Below, in pieces: positions 1 to 11,309 of a stretch of 64,000 nt of DNA (within the stretch, counting starts at the first letter, position 1; the number at the start of each line of letters is the position of its first letter). The stretch spans positions 31,620,001 to 31,684,000 of the forward strand of contig NC_043010.1 in assembly GCF_006345805.1 (NCBI RefSeq), in the 5' to 3' direction. Source of the DNA: Octopus sinensis (Eukaryota). Below the pieces are notes generated by a model. The model was not told the origin of the DNA. It saw only the letters and a list, made by a program, of their open reading frames with translations, and ran no database searches. Made by a program: the position numbers and the translations under genes.

Positions 1-720
1 TCATTATTTTTCTTGTTTTCCTATCTATTTTGGTCAGTTCATTTCGTGTCCAGTTAAGGATATTGTAGCTGTAACTTATAACTGGGACAGCTAAAGTGTT
101 GATACCTATTATCTTGTTTTTAGCATTGAGCTCTGTGTTTAGTATTGATCTAACTCGTCTATAATATTCTTTTTTTATTTTCTCTTTCATTTGTGTGTGT
201 TGTGTCTTATCTAGTTCATGGATTCCTAAGTATTTGTAAGTTTGGCTTTGGTCTAATTCTTTTATGTCATTGGTTTTATCTAGTGTGATGTTGTTACTCT
301 TAACTAGTTTTCCTCTTTTCAGGGTTACTTTGGCGCATTTTTCTAATCCAAATTTCATATCTATTTCTTTGGTAAATCCATGAACTGTCTTTAATAGTGT
401 TTCCAGCTGTTTGTCATTTGCAGCGTATAGTTTTAGGTCATCCATATATAAAAGGTGGCTGATCGTTTTGCCGTAACATTTATATCCGCATCCAGTTCTA
501 TTTAGCATATCAGATAGAGGTGACAGTGCCAAGCAGAAAAGGAGTGGAGAGAGCGTGTCTCCCTGGAATATTCCTCTTCTAATGGGGATGTCTTTGGTTT
601 TCATGAGTCCCTCTTTTGTTTGGAGGTGTAGGACTGTTTGCCATTTATTCATAGAGTGCTCTATGAATTTTATGATTGTTGGTGCTACTTTGTTAATGGC
701 TAGTGTTTCGAGGATCCATG
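1..720 (-). mobile_element. R4/Dong-like non-LTR retrotransposon, RT domain (5'-truncated, runs off the window)
   Basis: Open frame ...RRGIFQGDTLSPLLFCLAL...SHLLYMDDLKLY...KFGLEKCAK...YKYLGI...NTLAVPVISYS. Abuts an (ATT)n tract. Confidence 0.9.
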
Positions 721-793
<73 letters not shown>

Positions 794-1260
794 GAGTGAG
801 TGAGTGAGAGAGCTGCGCATGCCATCGAAGTGATACTGGCGTGAAATTATACGAAGCCCAATATACCCATCATGACTACCCGTTTGATAAGGGTACATCG
901 GGCACATGCATTACGACCACATGTGCGCGGCGTGGTAAACTTATATAAAGATAAACAGCGCATAACCTTGCACGCAGGGCTCAGTTAGAATTATTTTTTT
1001 CAGGTTGAGTAGCATATCCCGCTCAAAAAAAAAAAATTCCCTGAATAAAGTTTGTTTAAGGAAGATGAACGAAACATCTATGTTTCTAGAGGTGAATTAT
1101 TCAAACCTCAAAGAATTCTACATGGCTATGATGCTCCCCTACTATCTCTGCTCGTGATCAGAGATGCACATATCGTCAACCACCTAGGGGCATGCTCAAA
1201 TGGTTATGGTCAAACGACTGACAAGCAAATTTGTGGTATTGAGCAGAATATTTGCTACAG
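794..1260. repeat. ~450-bp interspersed repeat embedded in (ATT)n, copy 1
   Basis: Collinear with 54993-55397 (e.g. gataagggtac...cacatgc, gaggtgaattattcaaac, ctgctcgtgatcagagatgcacatatcgtca). Both copies have (ATT)n on both sides. Confidence 0.7.
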
Positions 1261-1271
1261 CCCATCTTTTA

Positions 1272-1335
<64 letters not shown>

Positions 1336-1664
1336 CATTATTATTATTATCGAACGTGGTTGGTGTTCTTTAAAGAGTTGCTGATGATTCATACTTTTCC
1401 CTCAATGGTAGTAGTAGAAAACAAGAGATAACGAGAAAGTAGCTCGCAGAACAAATGTCAAATGTATTGTACTGAAATGTCCGCCAAAGCAACGAGAAAC
1501 AAATATTAATTAAACGTCAATGTCATGTGTGACCTAAAATGGCCAAAGGTGCTGCGAAGGTCAAGGCAATCCCCACTGATTTTATGATACTTATACATCT
1601 GGAATAATCTTTTGACAGAACGGTAGGAGTTGAGTTCTAACATCCGAAAGTGAGTCCCAATTTA

Positions 1665-1735
<71 letters not shown>

Positions 1736-1749
1736 ATATATATATAGTA

Positions 1750-1887
1750 GTAGCTGTGTAGTAAGAAGCTTGCTTTCCAACCACATGGCCCCAGGTTCAG
1801 TCCCACTGCATGGCACCTTCGGCAAGCGTCTTCTGCTATAGCCTCAAGCCGACCTTTGTGAGTGGAAACTGAAAGAAGCCTGTCGTG

Positions 1888-1926
<39 letters not shown>

Positions 1927-2170
1927 TATACATATATATACACATATATATATATATGTGTGTGTGTGTGTATTTGTGTTTTAGTGTTTGTTCCCCCACC
2001 ATCGCTTGACAACCAATACTGGTTTGTTTACGTCCCCGTAACAAATCGGTTCGGCAACAGAGACATGGAATAATTATTAGGCTTACAAAGAATAAGCCAT
2101 GAGGGCGATTTTTTCGATTAAAGGTGGTGCTCCAGCATGGCTGCAGTCAAATGACTGAAACAAGTAAAAG
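1750..2170 (+). mobile_element. tRNA-derived SINE (CORE-like body) interrupted by microsatellites
   Basis: ggttcagtcccactgcatggcaccttcggcaag...ctatagcc...ggaaactgaaagaagcc. Related pieces at ~4650-4860, 10550-10700, 24360-24520, 30190-30350, 62590-63400. Confidence 0.6.
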
Positions 2171-2815
2171 AATAAAAGAAACAAAGAATATGTATGTATG
2201 TGTGTGTGTGTGTGTGTGTGTAACTGAATATGCGATCATGAGTTTTACATAACAGTACAGATAGTCCAGTATTTCTTGTTTGAAATATACGTATGCTTCA
2301 ACACTCACAACTCAGAGTTCCTTGTCATAGAACATTTTCGTTCCGTTTATACTGTCCAGGTTCCCAAAGGCATGAATATACTCTACCCCTTTTGGTCTTC
2401 TATCTGAATGCTTTGTCTGCTGAAGACAAGACAAAATATTTAATGTAGAAACACATGTCCACAGCTGTCCACATGTCTCACACAACCAGATTAATTTGTT
2501 TGTGAATGGCAGGTAAGTTTTAAGGGAATTTTTAAATTTTTAGATTATTTACTCTCATCTGGAGTTGATACCAACTGTCACCAAGGAATTAGGCTACCCT
2601 CCCTGGAAACGGAAATTTCAATAAATCAAGAAACTGCGTTGCATTTTATTTAATTTATACTTATTCATCTTTGCTGTTCAGATACAAACCACTGACCACT
2701 TTGAATTATTTCTCTTAGTTTATTTTTATTCCATGTATGTATGTATGTATGTATGTATGTATGTATGTATGTATGTATGTATGTATGTATGTATGTATGT
2801 ATGTATGTATGTATG

Positions 2816-2846
<31 letters not shown>

Positions 2847-3389
2847 ATATGTGTGTATGTATGTATGTATGTATGTATGTATGTATGTATGTATGTATGT
2901 ATGTATGTATTTACGCTCTTATGTTAGGTCACTCTTAGTACTACTGGTAACTTGTCGCATGATCGGGCCATCGGCAACTAAACCTCCAGCCCTATCAAAC
3001 CTGTTTGGCAATGAGGGTGGTTTTCGTTGGACACTCTGTAGGATGAAAACCAACGCCTGTTAAAGGATGGGCAAACTCAAAAAAGTCAACGGCCATCCAG
3101 CAGCTGAGAGTTGGAGACCGCTAGTCTTTTTTTAGACTTCTCTTTAGGAGAAGTAAATTCCGAAATAACAACCACTTCGTCAAGAAGTCATAGGTTTTGC
3201 TTTTGCTTGTTACTCTACTTCTTGGTTTTATAAGTGAGAGTCACAGTGGTGTTATGCAAGGTGCCATTGACTTTAGATTTCAGCACCAGCATTACTGATA
3301 ACCATTGTCTTTAACATCTAGGATAAGGTAATTTATCAGTAATGGTCATACTCGTATGTTTGTATGTATGTATAGGAAGGGTCTTCCTA

Positions 3390-3762
3390 TGATGCTGACG
3401 TGCAGTGTCTGTGCAAGACCCTGCCTCAGTAAAGCTGGACTCAAGAGTCATCTTCGTAGTCATAAAGCGAGACAGATGAGTGACAACCTGGTCACTGGTG
3501 GTGGTGTAACACACCATACTAATCATATCTGTCGGGCATGTGGAAGAGAGTATAATTCAGCAGGAGGACTTAAACGACATGCAAAGGTACATGAAGCCCA
3601 GTTACAACTACAGCCGGCTATTACCGGTAAAGGTTTTAGTTGCCAATTCTGTACAAGACATTGTAGATCTTTAGCTGGGCTGAAAAGTCACATTCGATCA
3701 CAGCGCCAATAACAGTTAAGCTTCGTGCAATGGCCATACTCGATAACGAGGGGGCAGCCATA
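3390..3762 (+). mobile_element. Probable RTE-clade LINE 3' end encoding three C2H2 zinc fingers
   Basis: CSVC..SKAGLKSHLRSH, CRAC..SAGGLKRHAKVH, CQFC..SLAGLKSHIRSQ. Followed by a short UTR (tggccatactcgataacgagggggcagcca) and a (TATG)n tail. Confidence 0.55.
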
Positions 3763-4160
3763 ATGTATGTATGTATGTATGTATGTATGTATGTATGTAT
3801 GTATGTATGTATGTATGTATGTATGTATGTATGTATGTATGGATGGATGGATGTATGGATGGATCATTATGAAACCGTAATTAAACTTGGATATAGCGTT
3901 TCTTTCAAGTAACAACTATATATGTATTTGTATACGTGTGTGTGTTCGTATATTTGACATTTTGTATGTATGCATCTTTGTGTGCATATGTGTAGGCATA
4001 AATGCATAAATGCATTGATATATAAACATGCATATGTATATATGTATGTGTATGCATGTATGTATGTGTTGTTATATATTTGTGTGTGCATATGCATAAG
4101 CATTCACGTATGTATATGTGTGTATGTGTGTGTGCGCGCACGCGCGCGTAAAAGTTTTCA

Positions 4161-4301
4161 TTAGTCATTCATTTCTTTGCCCACATCAATTTCGTTCATG
4201 GAAGAAACTTTATTTTCATCATTATCACCAACATTCTCATCCTCCTCTTCATCATCAGGTCCATGTACGCCGTCAATGTCATCATCATCATCCTCCTCAT
4301 C

Positions 4302-4332
<31 letters not shown>

Positions 4333-4442
4333 CCATCACCATCATCATCATCATCATCATCACTGTATCTTTTCCTATTGGATCTCTCAAGGTATGCTGA
4401 ATGTTCGTTTTGTTTCGTATTCCTCTCAGACGGTGGTGTCTC
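4161..4442 (-). CDS. HHEX: Hhex terminal coding exon (acidic C-terminal domain)
   Basis: Acceptor ttctaacaccag|GAG in phase 0. Reads 93 aa ETPPSERN...DDDD...EIDVGKEMND then TAA (4163-4161). 44/93 residues are D/E, matching the acidic Hhex tail that starts with E after LKQ. Confidence 0.9.
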
Positions 4443-4514
4443 CTGGTGTTAGAATGCAAAAATAACATATAATTACAAATATATGCATTTATAGGACATA
4501 CATATATACATACA

Positions 4515-4546
<32 letters not shown>

Positions 4547-4863
4547 GGTACACCCACCCACATACACAGACGTCACAGAATCTCCCAAAACTTGAAATCT
4601 AATAAGATAATCTATGGATTAAATCAGCCGATATCAATATAGGTAATCACCATATCTACCTTTTTTTGCCGAAACGTTAAGTTATGGGGGCGTAAACAAA
4701 CTAGCAGCACTTGACAAGTGGTGTGTGTTGGACCAACACAAAGAGAAACATGTATGGATCTAAATACATATATACGACGGGCTTCTTACAGTTTTTGTCT
4801 ACCAGATCTACAACGATTTCGACAGTTGGAAGTTATATTAGAAGATACTTGTCCAAGGTGCCA

Positions 4864-5950
4864 ATAGACAAGAAAACAAGAAAAATAATGACAGGATGCA
4901 CCACCCAAAATCTAACATAGAGAGGTTATATATATGATGTCTAGAAAACTATAACAAAATAACCACTATAGGCCTACAGAAATACTTCAGAAGCAAAGAA
5001 AACTATTTAAAATAGCCACAAAACACGAACAAAACAAAAAAAACTGTTTTCAGTTTTTAAAGAAGCTGAAAAATATAAAAAAGAAGTCATAGGAGCTAAC
5101 AACTATGAAAAAAATAGGAAACAACAAAAGCTGTAAAACAACTGAAATCCAAACTAAAACTGGAACAGCAACGGATCATGATAAAACGGTGGCAAGAAAA
5201 TACCTCCATGGCAAATATCAGGTTAAATTAAACAGAAAAGAAATAGACAAAGCAAAATCTCAATAATGGCTGAGGAGCTCAGGATTCAAAGCAGAGACTG
5301 AAGGATTTTTATTAGCAGCACAAGATCAAAGCCTTCTCACCGAAAATTATCAAAAACATGCAATGAAAAGAAATGTAACAAGTAACTGCAAAATATGTGG
5401 ATATGGAGAAGAAACGATAAATTATACTGTCTCTGGATGCTCAGCCCTGGCTAAGAAGAAATATATTCACAAACACGACAACGTTGAGACCTATATATAC
5501 TGGAAGCTATGCCAATACTATGGAATACAACAGGAAGAAAAGGTTACAGGAAATGAGCAATACACACAATATATATAGCAATACACACAATAGGCTGGAT
5601 ATAGTTGTTAGATATCACACAAAAATGCTTTCTGATCAATGTATCAATACCCACAGATGACAATGTTTCTCTAAAAGAAACGGAGAAATACGAAGACCTG
5701 GAAAAAGAGGTAACTCGAATGTGGAATCTAAAAACAGAAACAATTCCTATCTTGGTAGGCGAATTAGGTATGATAAAAAAATATTTAGATAAATGCCTAA
5801 CAAAAACAGCAGGATTAACAAGTATATATAACACGTCCTACGTAAAACACATCCTACGCACACATCTTACGTAAAACACTTTCAATACAGTAAAAATAAG
5901 AGCATCACAACAAACCACAGGACATAGCCAAGGCACACAGAGCTGCGCTC
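4864..5950 (+). mobile_element. R4/Dong-like LINE 3' part (zinc knuckle + RLE endonuclease), degenerate
   Basis: CKICGYGEETINYTVSGC zinc knuckle and LINVSIPTDDNVSLKETEKYEDL RLE motif, with frameshifts. Same family as 1-720. Confidence 0.85.
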
Positions 5951-6019
5951 GGTAGTGCAGTTTGAATCCCAAACCGGGCGTTGCGTTGTGTTCTTGAGCA
6001 AAGCACTTCATTTCACGTT

Positions 6020-6520
6020 GTCCTGTGAAAAACATCCCGTCGTTCATAGGCAAGGATGTATTTCCCTCAAGAAGCCCCGATCTCAACTCGTTGGATTTTT
6101 CTGTATTGGCCCATTTTGGAGACGATGATCTCGCGCACTCCTCATGCTTCGCTCGATGCTCTGAAGGCAAAACTGCACCAGATCATTTCGACATCTGACA
6201 TGTGGCACCCGTTGCACCTCTGGATTTTTCTGTTTTGGTCCGTTTGTGGGACACGTTGCACCTCTGGTCGGAAGATGTGTCAGGTACTGAAATTCATTGG
6301 AAGCTTTTAGCATAATACGGAGAGAGAGTGAGTGCATTACCGCGTAGAAGTGTGTATGAGTGAATCAAGAAGTTTAAAGGTGACTGGACAAGCGTGACAT
6401 ATGAAGAGGGAACAGGACGCCAGTCAGCCTCCACCACTGATGAGAAGATTCAGCAAATTCGAGAGATGCCAATGGTGAACCGGTACACCATTACCAGCCC
6501 TCGGATCATTGCTTTTTGTT
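6020..6520 (+). mobile_element. Tc1/mariner fragments
   Basis: 6020-6190 duplicates the 8280-8420 transposase segment (SPDLN-like motif). 6280-6520 resembles a mariner HTH-coding region. Confidence 0.55.
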
Positions 6521-6801
6521 ATTCTTTGATGCACATTTCTAGTGGAGCGGCCATGCTTACACTGTAAAGCCAGAAAGAAAAATGGCGCGATCAGGTTCAA
6601 ACTTGGATCACCTGACCATAATAATACCAACTATAGGCACGCATAATGCTTCAGTGCTCATATGGCCCCAGACTCTAGTCCTTCCTATATGGCCCACGCG
6701 ACTCAAGGGCTACTATTTGAAAATGTTTAAGTTCACGTGAATTTTAATACGTGACCTTGTAGCTCTTCTAATTTAAACTCATTGACCGCTACGTCAGGCG
6801 T

Positions 6802-6881
<80 letters not shown>

Positions 6882-6991
6882 AATCAGTGGTTACATAATA
6901 ACCAAAGAGTTATTAAAGGTTGGCATCGAGGACACATACACTTACTCGCATATATAGAGAGACTGACAGAGAAAGGCTTCATTTAACATAC

Positions 6992-7042
6992 CTGCTTTAA
7001 ACGTCTCCACTTCGCTCTTCTGTTCTGAAACCATGTCTTCAC
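6992..7042 (-). CDS. HHEX: Hhex 51-nt microexon (homeodomain helix 3)
   Basis: Encodes VKTWFQNRRAKWRRLKQ. Acceptor ttttgtttgtttag|, donor |gtatgt. Continues the frame of the 33316 exon. Absent from the ORF track. Confidence 0.97.
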
Positions 7043-7849
7043 CTAAACAAACAAAATAGTCTGAATGAATAAAAGAGAAATGTTTGGAATTTCTTAAGGA
7101 AGTTTTCAAGACTTCAGATGTTGGAAAGGCCGGAGAATAGAAACGGAACCTGTGAACGTAATCTTCCCATGTCGGGAGATTATCTGCTTTTGTAAAGCAT
7201 TATTAAAAACTAGTGGGACCCGTGAATATCTCACAGAATTAATGGTAAACTTATTGGGTTATTTCTGAAAACTTTATCCAAAAAACCTGAAAGCATAGCC
7301 TGTGTTGTGTCTGTATGGAAAGATAGTCGCTCATCTGCTACTCATTGAAAAGTGAAAAAATTGGAATACACTTTATCTATACACTTTATATACTTTATGC
7401 ATAAATTTATAGACTTTTTACGCAGCACTCATAAAATAGATATTCACTCATATTTTTCCATTTATCACATAAACAAACAAGCAAAAATATCCCGTACATA
7501 TGATACAACCTTTAGTTAAATTGCATATATCTACAACGGAAATAAGCGTGAATATTTCACGGAATTGCATTTATGCGCATGTGTTAAGGTGATGTAAAAA
7601 ATTAGTCGAATTAAAAAAATACACTTTTCAATATCAAATCACCACCACTACATCCACGACGACGACGACCATCACCACCATCTCCACTCCCCCCTCTCTC
7701 CTTCTCTTTCTCTTCTCTCTCTCCTTCTTCACTTTCTATCCCTCTTCTCTCTCTCCCTCTTTCTGTCTAACTCCTCGCCTTATACTCTTTTTCTCTCTTT
7801 TCTTTCAACTTATAAATATAGAGCAGGTATTGGACAAGAAGATCTGCTG

Positions 7850-8645
7850 TTATGAGCTCACACAAGCTTATAAAGCCATGAATCTGGAGAGAAATTGCCT
7901 TATCCTGCGTCAGATTGCTGAAGGGACGCTGCCCAACTTGGTGTTCACAGATGAAAAGGAATTTGACATCGAACCACCAGAATGACCAACTTTGGAGTGT
8001 ATCTGTCTCCGTCGTAAATCGACGTCAAAATTCACAGTCAGTTAGTGGCTGGTACAGCCGTGCAAACGCACGGCTGTGCCAGCCACTGGAAGGTTTCGTC
8101 TTGTTTTTGTGCGTTCGGGTGTTAAAATTAACACCCAGGGATACATTAACGAAATTCTGGAAGCTGGACTGCTTCTATGGGTGAATGAGCACTTTGAAGG
8201 TGCATCTTGGAACCTCCAACAGTAGTTATGAGATGGTCACATCTCTCAGCTCTAAACCGATACAACACTGGATTCAGAAAAGCATTCCGTCGTTCATAGG
8301 CAAGGATGTATGGTCCTCAAGAAGCCCCGATCTCAACCGTCGGATTTTTCTGTTTGGTCCATTTTGGAGACGACAGTCTCGAGCACTCCTCATGCTTTGC
8401 TCGACGCTCTGAAGGAAACACTGCAACAGGAATGGTCTTCGATTTCGAAAGAACAGCTGCTTGTGGCGTGTGAAGCATTCGCACCTAGACTTAAGGCTGT
8501 GATTCGAAACAGAGGTGGTTATATCGAGTAAACGTGGTAGAGTCAATTGTGTTTTCTTTACCATTACATTGCAACGCTCGGGCCCGAAATATAACAATAA
8601 TTTGCTTTTGCAAAAATATGTTTGTTTTAATTTTGGGGTACCCTG
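7850..8645 (+). mobile_element. Tc1/mariner-superfamily transposase 3' half with right end
   Basis: Frameshifted WSSRSPDLN..DFSVWSILE..TPHALLDALKETLQQEW..LKAVIRNRGGYIE*. Ends ttttggggtaccctgTA. Confidence 0.75.
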
Positions 8646-8656
8646 TATACATACAT

Positions 8657-8764
<108 letters not shown>

Positions 8765-9468
8765 GAGAAAACAAGTTCAAAAGAGAACAATTCAAACTTT
8801 TTGTGAGGGTCCAAAAAGAGAGAAAGAATGATTTCTAATATAGATTCATCATATTCATAAAAAAAAAAACAGCCAGAGCAAGTAGTAAGAATATGAAAAT
8901 AGTAGTTGAAAAATATCGTTATTGATATAAATATACCATAAACATTTATAGAAAGATGAAGGAGGAAAAGATGTTGAATCAAAATTAGATTTAATACAAA
9001 ATAGGATTCAATACATATGCGCGTTTCAAAGGACGATGCAAATATGTAAGAAAAAATTATAATCATAGTAATTGTAATTAAATTTATGCATTGTCATTTT
9101 CATCAGTGTGAGGAGTTTTTGTAACGACATCAAAAAAGGTTTAATAAAATAAAGTAAATTAAAATACGATACAATAAGGGAGAATACAAATGGGGTAATA
9201 GGGAAAAAGTTGGATATTTACAAGCATGTTGTAAAAAGGAAACAATAACAGTAATAATAATAGTAAGGGAGACGAAAGAGAAAATATGTGCAATAAACTA
9301 TAGCATAAAAATAAGAATAAAAATCTAACAGATATGTTTAAAAAAATGTTAACAAGTCGAGACAAAGTATGATAAACAGGGCCACGTGTGTATAGTAGAA
9401 TATAACGTAACAGGTGGACTAGTAGAAAAAAACCATAGAGAGTTATACATATACATATTAATATTGGT

Positions 9469-9847
9469 GGAGGCGCAATGGCCCAGTGGTTAGGGCAGCG
9501 GACTCGCGGTCATAGGATCGCGGTTTCGATTCCCAGACCGGGCGTTGTGAGTGTTTATTGAGCGAAAACACCTAAAGCTCCACGAGGCTCCGGCAGGGGA
9601 TGGTGGTGATCCCTGCTGTACTCTTTCACCACAACTTTCTCTCACTCTTACTTCCTGTTTCTGTTGTACCTGTATTTCAAAGGGCCGGCCTTGTCACTCT
9701 CTGTGTCACGCTGAATATCCCCGAGAACTACGTTAAGGGTACACGTGTCTGTGGAGTGCTCAGCCACTTACACGTTAATTTCACGAGCAGGCTGTTCCGT
9801 TGATTCGGATCAACCGGAACCCTCATCGTCGTAAACGACGGAGTGCT
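9469..9847 (+). mobile_element. tRNA-headed SINE, body type A
   Basis: A box TGGCCCAGTGG, B box GGTTTCGATTCC. Head shared with 21091 and ~25600-25730. Confidence 0.8.
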
Positions 9848-9899
9848 TCCAGTATTAATATTGAAAAACGAATATATATATATATATAATATATATATA

Positions 9900-9961
<62 letters not shown>

Positions 9962-10338
9962 CACGAGGCTAAAAGTGATAGGCAAGACTATGTTTGAAAA
10001 AGTTACAATATTTAAGTAAAAATGTACATACAAGTAGAGAAAAAACCAAACAGAATTTAACAAGGAAAAAAACATCGATCACAGACTAGACCGGCCGGTG
10101 TATTCATGATAGCTACCTTACTCAAAAAATTCCTCACACTGCTGAAAATGACAATGCAATAAATTTAATTATAATTACTATGATAATACATTTTTCTTAC
10201 ATATTTGTATTCTCCTTTGAAACGCGCGTATGTATTGAATCCTATTTTGTATTAGATGTAATTTTGATTCAACATCTTTTTTCTCCATTTTTCTATAATA
10301 GTTTATGGTATATTTATACCTATAACGATATTTTTCAA

Positions 10339-10418
<80 letters not shown>

Positions 10419-10729
10419 TTATATATATATATTCTCTTTTATTTATTGCTGTCATGTGGCATTTGCCATCCTGGGTCATTACCTTGAAGGGTTTAGTCGA
10501 ACAGTATGTTTTTTAAAAATCTAGTACTTACTCTACCGCTCTTTTTAGCCGATCAGCTAAGTTACGGGCACGTAAACAAACCAGTACCCGTCGTTAAATA
10601 GTGGTGGTGAGGAGGGAAAACACAAAAACAAAGAGACACACATAGATACGCATCCCCTACCCCCACATATATGTATATATATATATACGATGTTTGATCA
10701 ATAAATATTCGGCCTGTTGACATAGTAAC

Positions 10730-11260
10730 GAAGCTAAAGCACACAGAGTAAAGCCGCTTTGCTGTGCATGTGCACAAAGTCTAAACGTTCTAGCTTACTT
10801 CCGCTGTTTACAGCAATGCTTGGAAGGAAGGTATGTAGTGTGTGGTTGTCGCATTGACCATGACAATAAAAGTTGTCATGGCGATACCTGCTCAGAGGCC
10901 TACGCAAAGTTGGAGAAAGTGTATGGAGCGGAGTGTATATGCCACATACAAGTGTACGAGTGGTTCAGACGTTTCCAAGATGGCTGAAAAATGTCGACAG
11001 TGAGAAAAACATCGCAGATGTGCGTGTAGTTGTGAGAGGAAATCGTCAAATCACCATCCGTGAGTTATCAGAGGTTGTGCAGATTAGTTACGGTTCATTT
11101 CAGGCCATTATCCCTGAAGCTTTTGGTGTTAGACGCGTGTCTGCCAAGTTTGTGCCAAAACTGCTTTCAGTTGACCAAAAAGACACTCAGGCTTCAGTTG
11201 CACAAGATCTCCTTGATTGTGTCGAGAACAATGAAAACTTTAAATGGGTTTCTGAGCAGG
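10730..11260 (+). mobile_element. mariner transposase N-terminal fragment
   Basis: NRQITIRELSEVVQISYGS...FGVRRVSAKFVPKLLSVDQK motif. Confidence 0.75.
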
Positions 11261-11309
11261 TATCGCCAAGCTTTTGGCAAAATTTGTTGCAGATTCTCTG
11301 ACATGGTTA

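Noticed and set aside
4118-4588. Poly-His, poly-Ser and poly-Met ORFs
   Set aside because: These are alternative frames over the Hhex acidic exon. The spliced Asp-rich frame explains the region.
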